Below are positions 10,901-19,872 of a stretch of 64,000 bases of DNA, piece after piece. The position numbers and the translations under genes were made by a program. The number at the start of each line of letters is the position of its first letter. The first letter of the stretch is position 1. Location: positions 128,001-192,000 of the forward strand of contig JBHGAY010000003.1 of the NCBI GenBank assembly GCA_041946735.1, in the 5' to 3' direction. A model generated the notes under the pieces. It saw nothing but the letters and a program-made list of their open reading frames with translations. It ran no database searches and was not told the origin of the DNA. Origin of the DNA: Candidatus Eiseniibacteriota bacterium (GTDB lineage: Bacteria > Eisenbacteria > RBG-16-71-46 > CAIMUX01 > VGJL01).

Positions 10901-11142
10901 ATGAGGTAGGGGCCGATTCGAGCCTGCGGATTCAGGGTCCCGATGGTGTGAGTGATCTTGTCACCGGTGTCCTCCGAGCCGGAGAAGGGCTCGCTATCGA
11001 GCGCGAGGAGATCTTCGACCTCCGCCCGCAAGGAGGCGTTTGTACCGCACGCCGCGCGCAGGGCCGCGCGCCGATCCTCCTCGGGAAGATCGGCCACGCG
11101 CAGGAAGATCTCCTTCACGCGCTCGTAGTGGCCCGGGATCAC
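7990..11142 (-). CDS. Ser/Thr protein kinase + AAA/STAND ATPase + short TPR + C-terminal dirigent-like beta-barrel
   Basis: GSGGMG, ALK, HRDLKPDN, DLG and APE kinase motifs; Walker A GEAGIGKT, Walker B VLIEDLH; C-terminal EGTGRFEGVDG. Confidence 0.92.
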   Translation of the reverse strand: MIPGHYERVKEIFLRVADLPEEDRRAALRAACGTNASLRAEVEDLLALDSEPFSGSEDTGDKITHTIGTLNPQARIGPYLIGDELGSGGMGKVYRAEVVGKAPGLAAGTTVALKIIHPHLLEKAGFFKRFLREAEIGKSVRHPNVVRCIDCDAIVHEGRQLNFLVMEYVEGQTLRSLLQELDRVPEELCRHLGREIARGLAAIHAAGVVHRDLKPDNILITADHAVKVMDLGVARPTEQTARLSQTGSFIGTVEYAAPEQFRSDGPDIDGRADLYALGIILYELSTARHPYRDGDPRVVLRRVLEEPPRRVGQLNPQLSPFFEEVVQKLIAKDKEDRFASATDLIHVLEDGDKSEWWNARAQAIRIETKRPLRRVRMPRETAIYGREDDLARLRVIFADVKAAHGQVLLVEGEAGIGKTRLIDEFIGELDSAGEDLNFLFGSYPPGGAATVSGAWSTAYREQFGSEGLEERIRGYLSLTPSLASAFAALLKGEPTPEGKEPLTKDSMQTAFVQATRALAAERPTVVLIEDLHFAPEEGRAMFASLALAIPEDRVLLIGTSRPGVPESWRASIERLEHARSMALSRLGPKDLTRLLVDAFRSESLAEELAYKIAAKSDGNPFFAFEIVRDLREGQYLRMLPDGTWVISKKIQKIEIPSSVLDLVKARVSSLSEQERDLLDTASCCGFSFDPLLVAEATGLPTLAVLKLLSQIERHHRLVRSSGSNYVFDHHQVQEALYGSLSQPLRQAYHASIGEALEIRGSEDVTAVCEHFLKGGRGERALPHLEPALRRLEQSFSSERALDLIEMALGCRGLLSGARRIEILLRKAERLDLLQHPDRERAALDEALDVSKDAGDPQLEAQVLISLGHHLARIGARDESVAFLSRGREWLASLTLPWFVYGEGAFSSVPVTEDELISTGRFEGHATYFGPCTVEISHRYNMATGHFSEGVGTCTARDGAQIRLAYTGEMTLMTPDHYESRAFSTAVEGTGRFEGVDGRFEVKCWGNRPGNTSITPSKGSFTAAGSCRFAPLDRTAGGRSDQDGDRQVRRS

Positions 11143-11735
11143 GCCTGCGGCCCTCCCGGCGGTCCACGCAGCTCACGGCCAAGCCACGCGGCCGCGATCC
11201 GCCAGTCGCCACGGACCGTTCGCTCCGAGACGCCGAGGACCGTGGCGATCTCCTTCTCGCGCAGTCCGGCGAAGACCCGCATCTCGACGATCTGAGCCGC
11301 GCGTGGATCGACCTCCGCGAAGCGCGAGAGGATACGGTCCAACTCCAGGATCTCGAGTTCGGATCGCCCGCCGATCTGCACGTGCTCATCGAGCGCGATC
11401 TTCTCGCACCCCCCTCCGCGTTTCTCGGCGGCGCGGCGGCGCGCATGCTGGATCAGAACGCGCCGCATCGCCGACGCGACGATGCCGAAGAACTGCGCGC
11501 GGCTCTCCCACTCGATGGGGACGTCGCCGACCAAGCGCAGATACGCCTCGTTGACCAGGGCGGTGGGCTGGAGCGTATGGCTCTGGCGTTCGTGGCTCAT
11601 CAGGCCGACCGCGATGCGGTGCAGCTCGCGGTAGGTGGCCTGGAACAGCTTCGCGGTCGCTACGGAAGGATCCTCTTGCTCCTTCGCGATAAGGCGAAGG
11701 AGTCGCGTGACTTCGCCCTCGATGGGCTCGTCCAT
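11139..11735 (-). CDS. ECF-type RNA polymerase sigma factor (kinase-associated, TIGR02999-like)
   Basis: HTLQPTALVNEAYLRL and ASAMRRVLI..ARRR.AEKRGG motifs; region 4 HTH (EIATVLGVSERTV); GTGA overlap with the kinase start. Confidence 0.93.
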   Translation of the reverse strand: MDEPIEGEVTRLLRLIAKEQEDPSVATAKLFQATYRELHRIAVGLMSHERQSHTLQPTALVNEAYLRLVGDVPIEWESRAQFFGIVASAMRRVLIQHARRRAAEKRGGGCEKIALDEHVQIGGRSELEILELDRILSRFAEVDPRAAQIVEMRVFAGLREKEIATVLGVSERTVRGDWRIAAAWLGRELRGPPGGPQA

Positions 11736-12073
11736 GCGCCACCCCCGGAGTGAAGCGGCATGCCGGGCACAGGCACGCGCAGACCGTAGCTACTTTGCGG
11801 CAAATACGGTACGGCCCCGGGAAGCGTCCTGCAACCGGAGAATGGCGGTCCGGGAGAATCGCAGCTGGCGATGACGAAAGGCCGGCGGGACGGCAGCCCG
11901 GGTCGGGACGCTTGCGCCTCGACGGGCTTTTTGCCGGTTTCGGACGCGGAATGCACACATAGGGGAGCAGTCCCGGCGGTTCGAGAGGATGCGTCACGAA
12001 TCCCGGACGCGAGGGGGGCCGGCCCGGACCGGCGCCCGTATGCCAAACGGATGACTCAAGAAGGGGGACAGAA

Positions 12074-12628
12074 ATGAACATTCTCATCTCCGCCCTGATG
12101 GCCGTTCTGCTGGGCTTCACCGGAAGCTCCGCCGACCCCGGTGCGGTCAGCACGTCGCCCGACAGGAGCGACCAGGACACGATGTTCCGAGAACCGGTGG
12201 GTGGGTATTTCCATGGCAGAATCGACGGGATCGCAGTGACCGTGGGCTATTGCGTACCGGATCAGGTACTGGACATCGACTTCGACGGCGTCGGCGTCGT
12301 CTCCTTCCTCGGGCGCTGCACGATGAGCGCAAACAACTGCTCGGACTGGACCGATCCCGAGCTGCCTTTCGAGGGCGGCATTGAGGGTGACGGCACGGTG
12401 GTCGCAGCCAACGGGGATGAGCTCTACATGACGGTAGCCGGCAGGTACTACGTCGGTAGCTTGCCGCCGACCACGATGACGATCACCGGCACGTACACCG
12501 TCACGGGCGGCACGGGCAGATTCTCCGATGCAACCGGCTCCGGGCAGATCTACGGAGAGCAGGAACTCTTGGATCTATACGGTCATCACGAGACCTGGTT
12601 CAGCTTCGACGGGACTTTCCGTCCTTAG
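12074..12628 (+). CDS. Secreted dirigent/allene-oxide-cyclase-like beta-barrel protein
   Basis: Signal peptide; beta-strand-rich; ANGDELY and TGGTGRFSDATG motifs. Confidence 0.75.
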   Translation: MNILISALMAVLLGFTGSSADPGAVSTSPDRSDQDTMFREPVGGYFHGRIDGIAVTVGYCVPDQVLDIDFDGVGVVSFLGRCTMSANNCSDWTDPELPFEGGIEGDGTVVAANGDELYMTVAGRYYVGSLPPTTMTITGTYTVTGGTGRFSDATGSGQIYGEQELLDLYGHHETWFSFDGTFRP

Positions 12629-12735
12629 GCGAAGCGAAGAGACGCTGGGAGCCGGCAACTGTCGTCCGGCTCCCAGTTGGATGGAAAGCCTGTTGGCGCT
12701 CGGGGCTCGGCCCCGAGATCTGAAGGAGGAATCCC

Positions 12736-13221
12736 ATGACAGGGCGGGCCATGTTCTTCGGACTTCTCGTGGCGCTGGTCGCCGCGCTCGCTCCGATCAC
12801 AGCGCAGTCGCAGGAGATGGTCTACTTCAAGGGGCACGCAGAGGGGACGATCGATCACGCGCCAAGCGTCGCCTGCGGGACCGGGTTCCTCGAGGCGACC
12901 ACGCAGGCCTCGGGGAACGTTAGCCACATGGGTCGCGTCGACATCGAGGGCCTCCACTGCCTGAACCCGAGCAGCGGCGAGGTGAGCAATGGCGATTTCA
13001 CGATCGCCACCAAGGGTGGAGACATGCTGTACGCCACCTACACCGGGCAGGCTTTCCCAGACCAGACGGTCCGTCTGGAAGGAACGTGGACCGGCGGCAC
13101 GGGACGTTTTGCCGGGGCAACCGGGCAGTTCGTCGTGACCGCGACCAAGACGGTCGGCGACATCTGGCACTCCCAGATCGTCATGGATGCGGTCGGGACG
13201 GTGACGATCATCGACGACTGA
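12736..13221 (+). CDS. Secreted dirigent/allene-oxide-cyclase-like beta-barrel protein (paralog)
   Basis: GGAGG RBS; signal peptide; GGDMLY and TGGTGRFAGATG motifs. Confidence 0.78.
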   Translation: MTGRAMFFGLLVALVAALAPITAQSQEMVYFKGHAEGTIDHAPSVACGTGFLEATTQASGNVSHMGRVDIEGLHCLNPSSGEVSNGDFTIATKGGDMLYATYTGQAFPDQTVRLEGTWTGGTGRFAGATGQFVVTATKTVGDIWHSQIVMDAVGTVTIIDD

Positions 13222-13526
13222 TCACATGGGGAGAAGGCGGGCGCCCATCTCCCATTTCACGGAGCCAGCCCGCACCCCGGGCCTCCCGTCCATCTCACAT
13301 CGGACGGGAGGCTCGGTCCGTGAAAGTGGAGGACGCGTTCCCGGGAGAGGAATTTCGAGTAGAATGGGTGCGCCCGCAAGCGGGTGGCGGGGACGCGGCC
13401 GAAGCTCGGCATCCGTGCCGGCGCCGTCCCTGCCGGATCGATCCGGTTCGGGAGAACGGCCGCTTCCCGCTCGACAAACCGCTCGAAAGACTGCCGTTCC
13501 GTCCCGGATCAGGAAAGGGCCCCGAT

Positions 13527-14354
13527 ATGCGTGTCCTTCTGATCCTTCTCGCCCTTCTACTCCTACTCATCGCTGGCACCGCCGCTGCCCGGGACGTCGC
13601 GAAGAACGACCAGGTCATCGATGGGATCGTGACCCCGCACGCGAACCAGATCGACGCCGAGAACCGTGGAGCCGATCTGGTCGTCTCGATCATCGCCGGC
13701 ACCTTCACCGACCTCGGTCCGGCCTACCGGAGCGCGCTTCTGGCGATCGGTGAGGGCCCGGTCGACCTGATCTACGACCCGATGGGCAACTGGCCGAGCC
13801 TGAGCGGCTACACGACGGTGCTCGTCACCTGCTCCGACCTCTGGTGGAGCGGCTACTTCCTCGCGGCCGACGAGCAGCAGCTCGCCGCCCACCTTGACAC
13901 CAACGGTTGCGTGACCTTGATCGGTCAGGATTATCTCTACCAGCGGGGCGGCTACGCAGGCTTCCCCGCGAACTACCTCGGCGTCGCGGGCGCGAACGAA
14001 GACGCCAACTACAACGACAGCGGCGAGCTTTCGTGGCAGGGAACGACGAGCGGCCCGCTGGAAGGCGTCTCCGGCTCGATGTACCCGTGCTTCGCCGCGA
14101 ACCCCTGGTTCACCGACGAGATCTATCCCGCCTCCCAAGGACTCGTGACCTGGGCCTCGCCGTTGTACGGCCCGGCCGAGGGCGGGACGCAGCTGAGCTT
14201 TGCCGTCTTTTCGGCAGTCGAGTTCGCCTGCGGCGACCCCGCCACCCTGGAGACGGTCATGGTGAGTCTCCTCTGCGGAGGCATACCCCCTCCCCCGCCT
14301 CCTGTGGCGACGCAGCACGAGAGCTGGGGGAGCCTGAAGCACCAGTACCGCTGA
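13527..14354 (+). CDS. Secreted protein (alpha/beta, possibly GATase-like fold) with C-terminal WG..R motif
   Basis: Signal peptide MRVLLILL..AAA; LxxHLDxNG.VTLIGQD; ends PVATQHESWGSLKHQYR. Confidence 0.8.
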   Translation: MRVLLILLALLLLLIAGTAAARDVAKNDQVIDGIVTPHANQIDAENRGADLVVSIIAGTFTDLGPAYRSALLAIGEGPVDLIYDPMGNWPSLSGYTTVLVTCSDLWWSGYFLAADEQQLAAHLDTNGCVTLIGQDYLYQRGGYAGFPANYLGVAGANEDANYNDSGELSWQGTTSGPLEGVSGSMYPCFAANPWFTDEIYPASQGLVTWASPLYGPAEGGTQLSFAVFSAVEFACGDPATLETVMVSLLCGGIPPPPPPVATQHESWGSLKHQYR

Positions 14355-14479
14355 TTCCTGGCTGCTTCCGCCGATCCCACGGCGGATGCGAAACGATTCG
14401 AGAAAGAGCCGGCCCTCCACTTCCCAGGGTCGGCTTCTCCTTTCTCGCAATTCCGTAAGACCCGGTTCACGACACCGGC

Positions 14480-15511
14480 ATGAGATGGACGAGTGAGCAT
14501 GATCGGCGTACGCTTCCCGCCGGCATGGAATCGATCCCGAATGTTTCGGCCGCGAGTCGCGCAAATCCGGATGCGGCGGGAATCACCGTTGAGGGCTTGA
14601 CCAAGACCTACCGTTCGGGAAAGGTGCGAGCGCTGGACGCGGTGTCGCTGCGCGTGCGTCCCGGAGAGGTCCTCGGGGTGATCGGCCCCAACGGCGCCGG
14701 CAAGACGACGCTCATGGGCTGCATGCTCGGCTTCTTGCGCCCAGACGCGGGAACCGTGGCGATCGATGGACACCCGCCTGACGACCTCTCCGTCCGTGGT
14801 GCCACGGGCTATCTGCCCGAGAGGCTCACGCTCGACCGCTGGATGACCGGTCTCGGCTACCTTCGCTATCAGCACGCGCTCGCGCGTCTGCCGGCGGAGA
14901 CGCGGGATCAGGACGCGCGTGCCTGGCTGGCTAGGGTCGGACTCGATCCGGCTGCCGGCGACCGGACGGTCCGCAGGTACTCGCAGGGGATGCTGCAACG
15001 CCTCGGCCTCGCGCAGGCGCTCCTCGGCTGCCCGCGATTCCTCTTCCTGGACGAGCCGACCTCCGGCATGGACCCGGAGGGCGTCGTCCTGTTCCGGCGG
15101 ATCGTGGGAGATCTCAAGGGCTCCGGTGTCACGGTGATCCTGAACTCGCACCAACTCGATCAGGTGGAGCGCGTCTGCGATCGCGTCGCCTTCGTTCAGC
15201 GGGGGAAGGTGGAATCGATCGACACCCTGACGGCGGGGGCTCAGCTTGAGCGTCTCCTGCGCGTGCGATTCGCCGCCGGGTCGTTCCCATCTTCCGACGC
15301 CCTGGCGCGGTGCGCGCGGGAATCGGGCGCGGAGCTGGTCGAGGTCGCACCCGGCGAAGGTCGATTCCAGGTCTCCGGCGACGAGGGCGCGGTGAGGCTC
15401 CTGCGCGCGCTCGTCGGAGCGGGACTGGCGGTCGTGGAAGCGAACGCCGACCAGGGCCGGCTCGAACGGCTTTTCACGGCTGCGGCTCCGCCGGCCGGAG
15501 ACGCGCGATGA
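14480..15511 (+). CDS. ABC transporter ATP-binding protein (ABC-2/drug exporter type)
   Basis: GPNGAGKTT, YSQGM signature, FLDEPT, SH switch; exact start uncertain. Confidence 0.92.
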   Translation: MRWTSEHDRRTLPAGMESIPNVSAASRANPDAAGITVEGLTKTYRSGKVRALDAVSLRVRPGEVLGVIGPNGAGKTTLMGCMLGFLRPDAGTVAIDGHPPDDLSVRGATGYLPERLTLDRWMTGLGYLRYQHALARLPAETRDQDARAWLARVGLDPAAGDRTVRRYSQGMLQRLGLAQALLGCPRFLFLDEPTSGMDPEGVVLFRRIVGDLKGSGVTVILNSHQLDQVERVCDRVAFVQRGKVESIDTLTAGAQLERLLRVRFAAGSFPSSDALARCARESGAELVEVAPGEGRFQVSGDEGAVRLLRALVGAGLAVVEANADQGRLERLFTAAAPPAGDAR

Positions 15512-16209
15512 ACGGGACGCTCATCACAGCCTTCCTTCGCCAGCGCCTGCATAGCCGCGTCCGCATGGCCTTGGCCATCTTCTTCTTCGCGACGAAGCCG
15601 CTCATCGCCGCAATCGCGCCCCGCATCGGGTTCGATCCATTCGACTGGGCCTTCGCCCTGATCGTCGGCGCGGGCATGATCGGGCAGGACGTGGCATCGG
15701 GCGTTCTCGCGGGGATCCTCGCTCGTCCGGTCCGGCGCTCCGAGTACGTGCTGAGCCGCGGCGCGGCGACGGCGATCGGCGCCGGGCTCCTCTGTCTGGC
15801 GCATTGCGCTGCCGGTTTCGCGGCGCTGGCCCTGCGTGGGGCCCCGGTCGACCTGGCCATGGCCGCTTCGCGAACGGCCGCCGCGCTCTTCACCGTCATC
15901 GGCGCCTCCGCCGTCCTGCTCTTCTTCTCCAGCGCCATGAACGCGCTCGGCGACCTCGCGGTCTACCTCATCGCTTTCCTGCTGACCCAGGTCGTGCAGA
16001 CGGTCGGGTCGATGCAGTCGATCGGCTGGCTCCAGCGGACCGGCCTCGAGCTCGGGGGATTCGTCCAACCCATCCTCTACCCCGCGCAGATCGCCGGCCC
16101 GGCGGCGTCGCCGTTCGCGGTCGTCTCGTACCTGTCGACGATCACCCTCTGCATCGTGCTCGCGATCCTCCTCACGAATCGGAAGGAGCTGTCCTATGCC
16201 GCCTCGTGA
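15508..16209 (+). CDS. ABC-2 transporter permease
   Basis: About 6 hydrophobic segments, LARPVRRSEY motif, ATGA overlap with the ATPase gene. Confidence 0.85.
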   Translation: MNGTLITAFLRQRLHSRVRMALAIFFFATKPLIAAIAPRIGFDPFDWAFALIVGAGMIGQDVASGVLAGILARPVRRSEYVLSRGAATAIGAGLLCLAHCAAGFAALALRGAPVDLAMAASRTAAALFTVIGASAVLLFFSSAMNALGDLAVYLIAFLLTQVVQTVGSMQSIGWLQRTGLELGGFVQPILYPAQIAGPAASPFAVVSYLSTITLCIVLAILLTNRKELSYAAS

Positions 16210-16795
16210 GACGAAGGCCAGCGGGTCGGGAGCAAAGGAAGAGTCGAGCGGCCGCGTAACAGTGCGCGGCTCGACGCGCGCGACGCCGCGCTGGCTTTTC
16301 GTGCTCGCGGCGGTCCTCCTGATCGCCCGCGTGGCGACAGGGATCCAGGAGCACGCCCAGGCGCGCCCACCAGTCGACCGAGTCGCGTGGGTTCCCATGG
16401 AGCAGGCGGAGGCGCAGGCACAATCCACCGGGAAGGCGATCCTCTACGACTTCTCGGCTGCGTCGTCTCGGCCGTGCCGCAGGATGGCGAGGGAGGTCTT
16501 CACCGACTCGACGATGGCGAGAATCATTTCCACGCAGTATGTGCCGGTGCAGGTCATCGATCGCTCACGTGAAGACGGACGGAATTCCGCGGCCATCGAC
16601 TCTCTGCAAGCCGTCTACCGCGTGCGCTCCTTCCCCACGCTGGTCGTGTTTCACCCGCAGACCGGCGAGCACGAAACCGCCGAGGGCTACGAGAGCCGGG
16701 GCAAGACGGCGCGGTTCCTGCAGGATCCGGCCGGCAAGCTCCACATCCGTCCGTTCCTGCCACAAGGGACGCCCCCGGCGGACTCGGGCCGGTGA
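16196..16795 (+). CDS. Membrane-anchored thioredoxin-like protein (SxxC variant)
   Basis: TM helix, then GKAILYDFSAASSRPCRRM and YRVRSFPTLV (cis-Pro loop). Confidence 0.8.
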   Translation: MPPRETKASGSGAKEESSGRVTVRGSTRATPRWLFVLAAVLLIARVATGIQEHAQARPPVDRVAWVPMEQAEAQAQSTGKAILYDFSAASSRPCRRMAREVFTDSTMARIISTQYVPVQVIDRSREDGRNSAAIDSLQAVYRVRSFPTLVVFHPQTGEHETAEGYESRGKTARFLQDPAGKLHIRPFLPQGTPPADSGR

Positions 16796-16820
16796 TGTTT
16801 CCGGGACATTGTCGTGGGCA

Positions 16821-17030
16821 TCACCGCCAGCGAACGACGATGTCGCGGTCCGGGATGAAGTCGCGAACCTCGTAGGTGTAGACGACTCTGCCACGATCCG
16901 TCCGGCGCTCGAACGGGTAGCTGAACTCGCTCGGTTCGGCTTCGGGAGGCAGCCGGATCTCGAAGGTGGCCCGGCGTAGCGGCCGGCCCCACAGGCGCGC
17001 AGTCGTAAGGATGTACGGGGCGTACCCGGT
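16821..17030 (-). pseudogene. Probable 3' gene remnant (resembles the C-terminus of DUF4424-like proteins)
   Basis: YILTTARLWGRPLRRATFEI...YTYEVRDFIPDRDIVVRW reads as protein-like, but has no credible 5' part or RBS. Confidence 0.45.
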
Positions 17031-17434
17031 CAGGATCTTCTGCCGATTACCGGTGAACAAGCCGGGGCACACGGCGCTCGCGCGTGAAGGGCATCGCGTG
17101 GAGGTCCTTCCCTTGAATCGCACAGCGGAGGTCGGGCGGGTCGCGCACAGGATCCTGGCGTCGCGTCCCGGCTTGGTCAGGTTCTCGCTAGTCGCCCAGA
17201 GACGATTCGGGGACTTCGAGAGGTTTGCGGGCGTCCTGCGGGAATCGGGTTACCGCCTCTGCGGGAACGCCATCGCGAGCCGGTCGTCCGGTCGTCCGCT
17301 GCAGCGCCTTCACACCTCAGGCAGCCGAGCGTGCCCGCCAGGCACCGGCTCCTCTGTGGTATCCTTTGTCGCCGGGATTTCAACCCCGCCGGCCGTCTTC
17401 TTTCGAAAGCCCCGGGTGCGGGAAGGAGGATGCG

Positions 17435-18157
17435 ATGAAGGCCGTGCGTTTCCTGATCGTGCTCTCGATCCCGATCGTGCTCTCGATCCTCGCCGCCAGC
17501 ACGGATCTCGCCAAGGAATGGGACAGCCGCGGTGTGCACGGGGAAGGATCGACGGAAGTCCCCGAGGTGCGCGACGCCCTCTACTGCCAGATGCCGAGTC
17601 CCAGTTGGGGATGCTACAACGCCTCCACCGGGTTCGGCTCCGAGCTTGCCGACGACATTCCATCCAATCTCGCCGGCGAGACGGTCGCTTCCGTCGTCCT
17701 ATGGGCCGCGGAGTGGGCCGGGCAGGAGTGGCAGCCGTTCACGAGCCTGATCGTAAACTTCTATCACGAGAGCTGTCCGCCCAACCTCGACCCTGACGTG
17801 CATTACGAGGTGCCGTACAGCCAGCTGCATGTCACCGAGGCGTATGCGGGAAGCTGGTTCGTCTACGAGTGCACGGCTCCACTGAATCCTCCCATCGTTG
17901 TCGGAGCCACGATGTCGATCGGCGGCCTCCTCGACAACGCCTGGGGGACCGATCTCCCCTACTGCGGACTCGCAATCACCGACTGGTTGGAGTACGGCTG
18001 TGAGTGCTGGTGGGATGGGGACTATTGGGGGGCCCTTCGATGGACTGCCTGCGACCCGTACTTCGAACCGGTCGACCTCGCCTACTGCCTCCTCCCACCC
18101 GAGCCGGTGCCGGCCGAGGCGACGAGCTGGGGCCGCGTGAAGAGCCTGTTTCGCTGA
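17435..18157 (+). CDS. Secreted Cys/Trp-rich beta protein with C-terminal WG..R motif (paralog of 25803-26510)
   Basis: GGAGGA RBS; signal peptide; SELADDIP motif; ends PVPAEATSWGRVKSLFR. Confidence 0.83.
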   Translation: MKAVRFLIVLSIPIVLSILAASTDLAKEWDSRGVHGEGSTEVPEVRDALYCQMPSPSWGCYNASTGFGSELADDIPSNLAGETVASVVLWAAEWAGQEWQPFTSLIVNFYHESCPPNLDPDVHYEVPYSQLHVTEAYAGSWFVYECTAPLNPPIVVGATMSIGGLLDNAWGTDLPYCGLAITDWLEYGCECWWDGDYWGALRWTACDPYFEPVDLAYCLLPPEPVPAEATSWGRVKSLFR

Positions 18158-18173
18158 CGTGTAGCGAAGAGCC

Positions 18174-18791
18174 CTAGGCGCGCTTCTTCCTGGCGCGCAT
18201 CCGCGCTGCGGAGCCTACGAGCCCGAGCCCGAGAAGCAGGAGAGATGTCGGTTCCGGAACCGGCCCGACCATGTCTTGACCCTGTCCCGAGCCCGCATAG
18301 TCGAACCAGCCGGCCGTCGAGCTCTGGCTCTGGGCGGTGGTCAGGTAGCCATCTACCTGGCTGCCGAGGTCGCCTGAGTACTGGAAGGCTCCTGCTGCGC
18401 GATCGGCCTCGTCATCCGCGGTCAGTTCCCAGAGCGCGATCTGGAGGGCGGCGGCATCGGTCGACGTCGATGTCTGGCCGTAGACGTTGTAGAGCCAGGC
18501 GATCTGCTGTCCGTTCCGAGGCATCTCCGTGGTGCTGCGGACGTTCACGTCGTAACAGAACGGCATCGACCCGAGGAAGTGATCGAGATCGACGCAGTAG
18601 ATCTCCGGCAGGGAGGTGCCGTTCAGCTCGGCGTCGAAGCTCCCCGCATAAAGGTTCAGATCCTGACCGAGGTAGTTGACCCAGACGGCCTGGTAATGGT
18701 GCATCCCCTGGATACACAACGGGATGGCGCCGGCGATCTGGGGAGCGGCAATCAGGGCCAGGAGGATGAGGATGGTGATCCGGGTGCGCAT
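18174..18791 (-). CDS. PEP-CTERM sorting domain protein
   Basis: Signal peptide; YCVDL..AALQIALWE domain; VPEPTSLLLLGLGLVG followed by a basic tail. Confidence 0.92.
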   Translation of the reverse strand: MRTRITILILLALIAAPQIAGAIPLCIQGMHHYQAVWVNYLGQDLNLYAGSFDAELNGTSLPEIYCVDLDHFLGSMPFCYDVNVRSTTEMPRNGQQIAWLYNVYGQTSTSTDAAALQIALWELTADDEADRAAGAFQYSGDLGSQVDGYLTTAQSQSSTAGWFDYAGSGQGQDMVGPVPEPTSLLLLGLGLVGSAARMRARKKRA

Positions 18792-18983
18792 GTCGTCCCT
18801 CCTTGACGCCCGTTTGCTGGACGGACGTCATTTCGAAGAATTTACTGGATTCATGATGCTATTTCAACGAAATATGCGCTTTGATGTCGGGGTGGGCAGA
18901 TGCAGGGCAGAGGCGGGCAAAGCCGGTGCAGATGCGGCAGGGAGAGCCAGGAACCCTGGGAAGCGGCGGAACGGCGCGACGCG

Positions 18984-19697
18984 CTACTTGACGGTGGGCA
19001 GACCTTCGCGATTCCACTCGGCGATGCCGCGTCTCATGTTGACGACCCGCGTGAAGCCCGCGTCGACGAGCATCTTCGAAGCGACGGTGCTTCGATTGCC
19101 GGTGGCGCAGTAAACCAGCACGGGTTCCTGCTTGCGGGGCGTGAGCTCGGCGATCCGCGCGTGCAGCTCCTGCACGGGGATCAGCACAGCGCCTTCGAGA
19201 TGACCGCTGGCGAATTCCCCCTTCGACCGCACGTCGAGGACGAGCGGATGGGCCGCTTCGATCATTCGCGCCGCTTCCTTGGCCCCGACCTCCCTGTACT
19301 GCGACGCCGCGTACTCGATTGCTTCGATCGTCCCGGTCGCGTCACCGATCCGGAAGGAGAAGCTGCCGGTATCGGGCACCTTGAAGTAGCCCGGCTCTCC
19401 GGGAGAAGCAGGGAATCGCCTGGACACGTCGAGATCAGGGATCTCAAGCGTGAAAGGCTCTCCCGTCGTGAGTTCCGGCCGGACGTAGTCGCCTCGATAG
19501 ATCGTGAACCGCTGATCCTTGGCGGACGGATCGAAGGCCAACACACGCAGTCCCGCGTCCAGCTTGCCGGATACGGTGACGGCGGGTCCGGTGGCGCCGC
19601 CACCGCTGTCGGGCGTCGACTGGCCGCACGCAAGCAGGACGAGCGAGACAGTCCAGAACGCGAGCTGGCGGCGCGATCGAGCGGCGCATCTCACCAT
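18984..19697 (-). CDS. Lipoprotein with rhodanese-like domain
   Basis: Lipobox LLAC; LDVR...GHLEGA...YCATGNRS. Confidence 0.85.
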   Translation of the reverse strand: MVRCAARSRRQLAFWTVSLVLLACGQSTPDSGGGATGPAVTVSGKLDAGLRVLAFDPSAKDQRFTIYRGDYVRPELTTGEPFTLEIPDLDVSRRFPASPGEPGYFKVPDTGSFSFRIGDATGTIEAIEYAASQYREVGAKEAARMIEAAHPLVLDVRSKGEFASGHLEGAVLIPVQELHARIAELTPRKQEPVLVYCATGNRSTVASKMLVDAGFTRVVNMRRGIAEWNREGLPTVK

Positions 19698-19872
19698 CGT
19701 CCCTCCCGGACCCTACCTGCTGGCGGGCCTCTTTCTCGGACCGACGGAGGCCCTGCGGCGCGAGCCGTCGAGCTTCATGGGATCCGATCCACGAGTGCAT
19801 CCTACCCGTCAGGTGCATGGTTTTGAAGACCTGCGCGGTCCTCGATCTCGGGCGCGTTGGCGGTCGCTCGAG

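Noticed and set aside
18915..18935. Possible sigma54 promoter upstream of the PEP-CTERM gene (CTGCACCGGCTTTGC)
   Set aside because: Lacks the invariant GG at -24.
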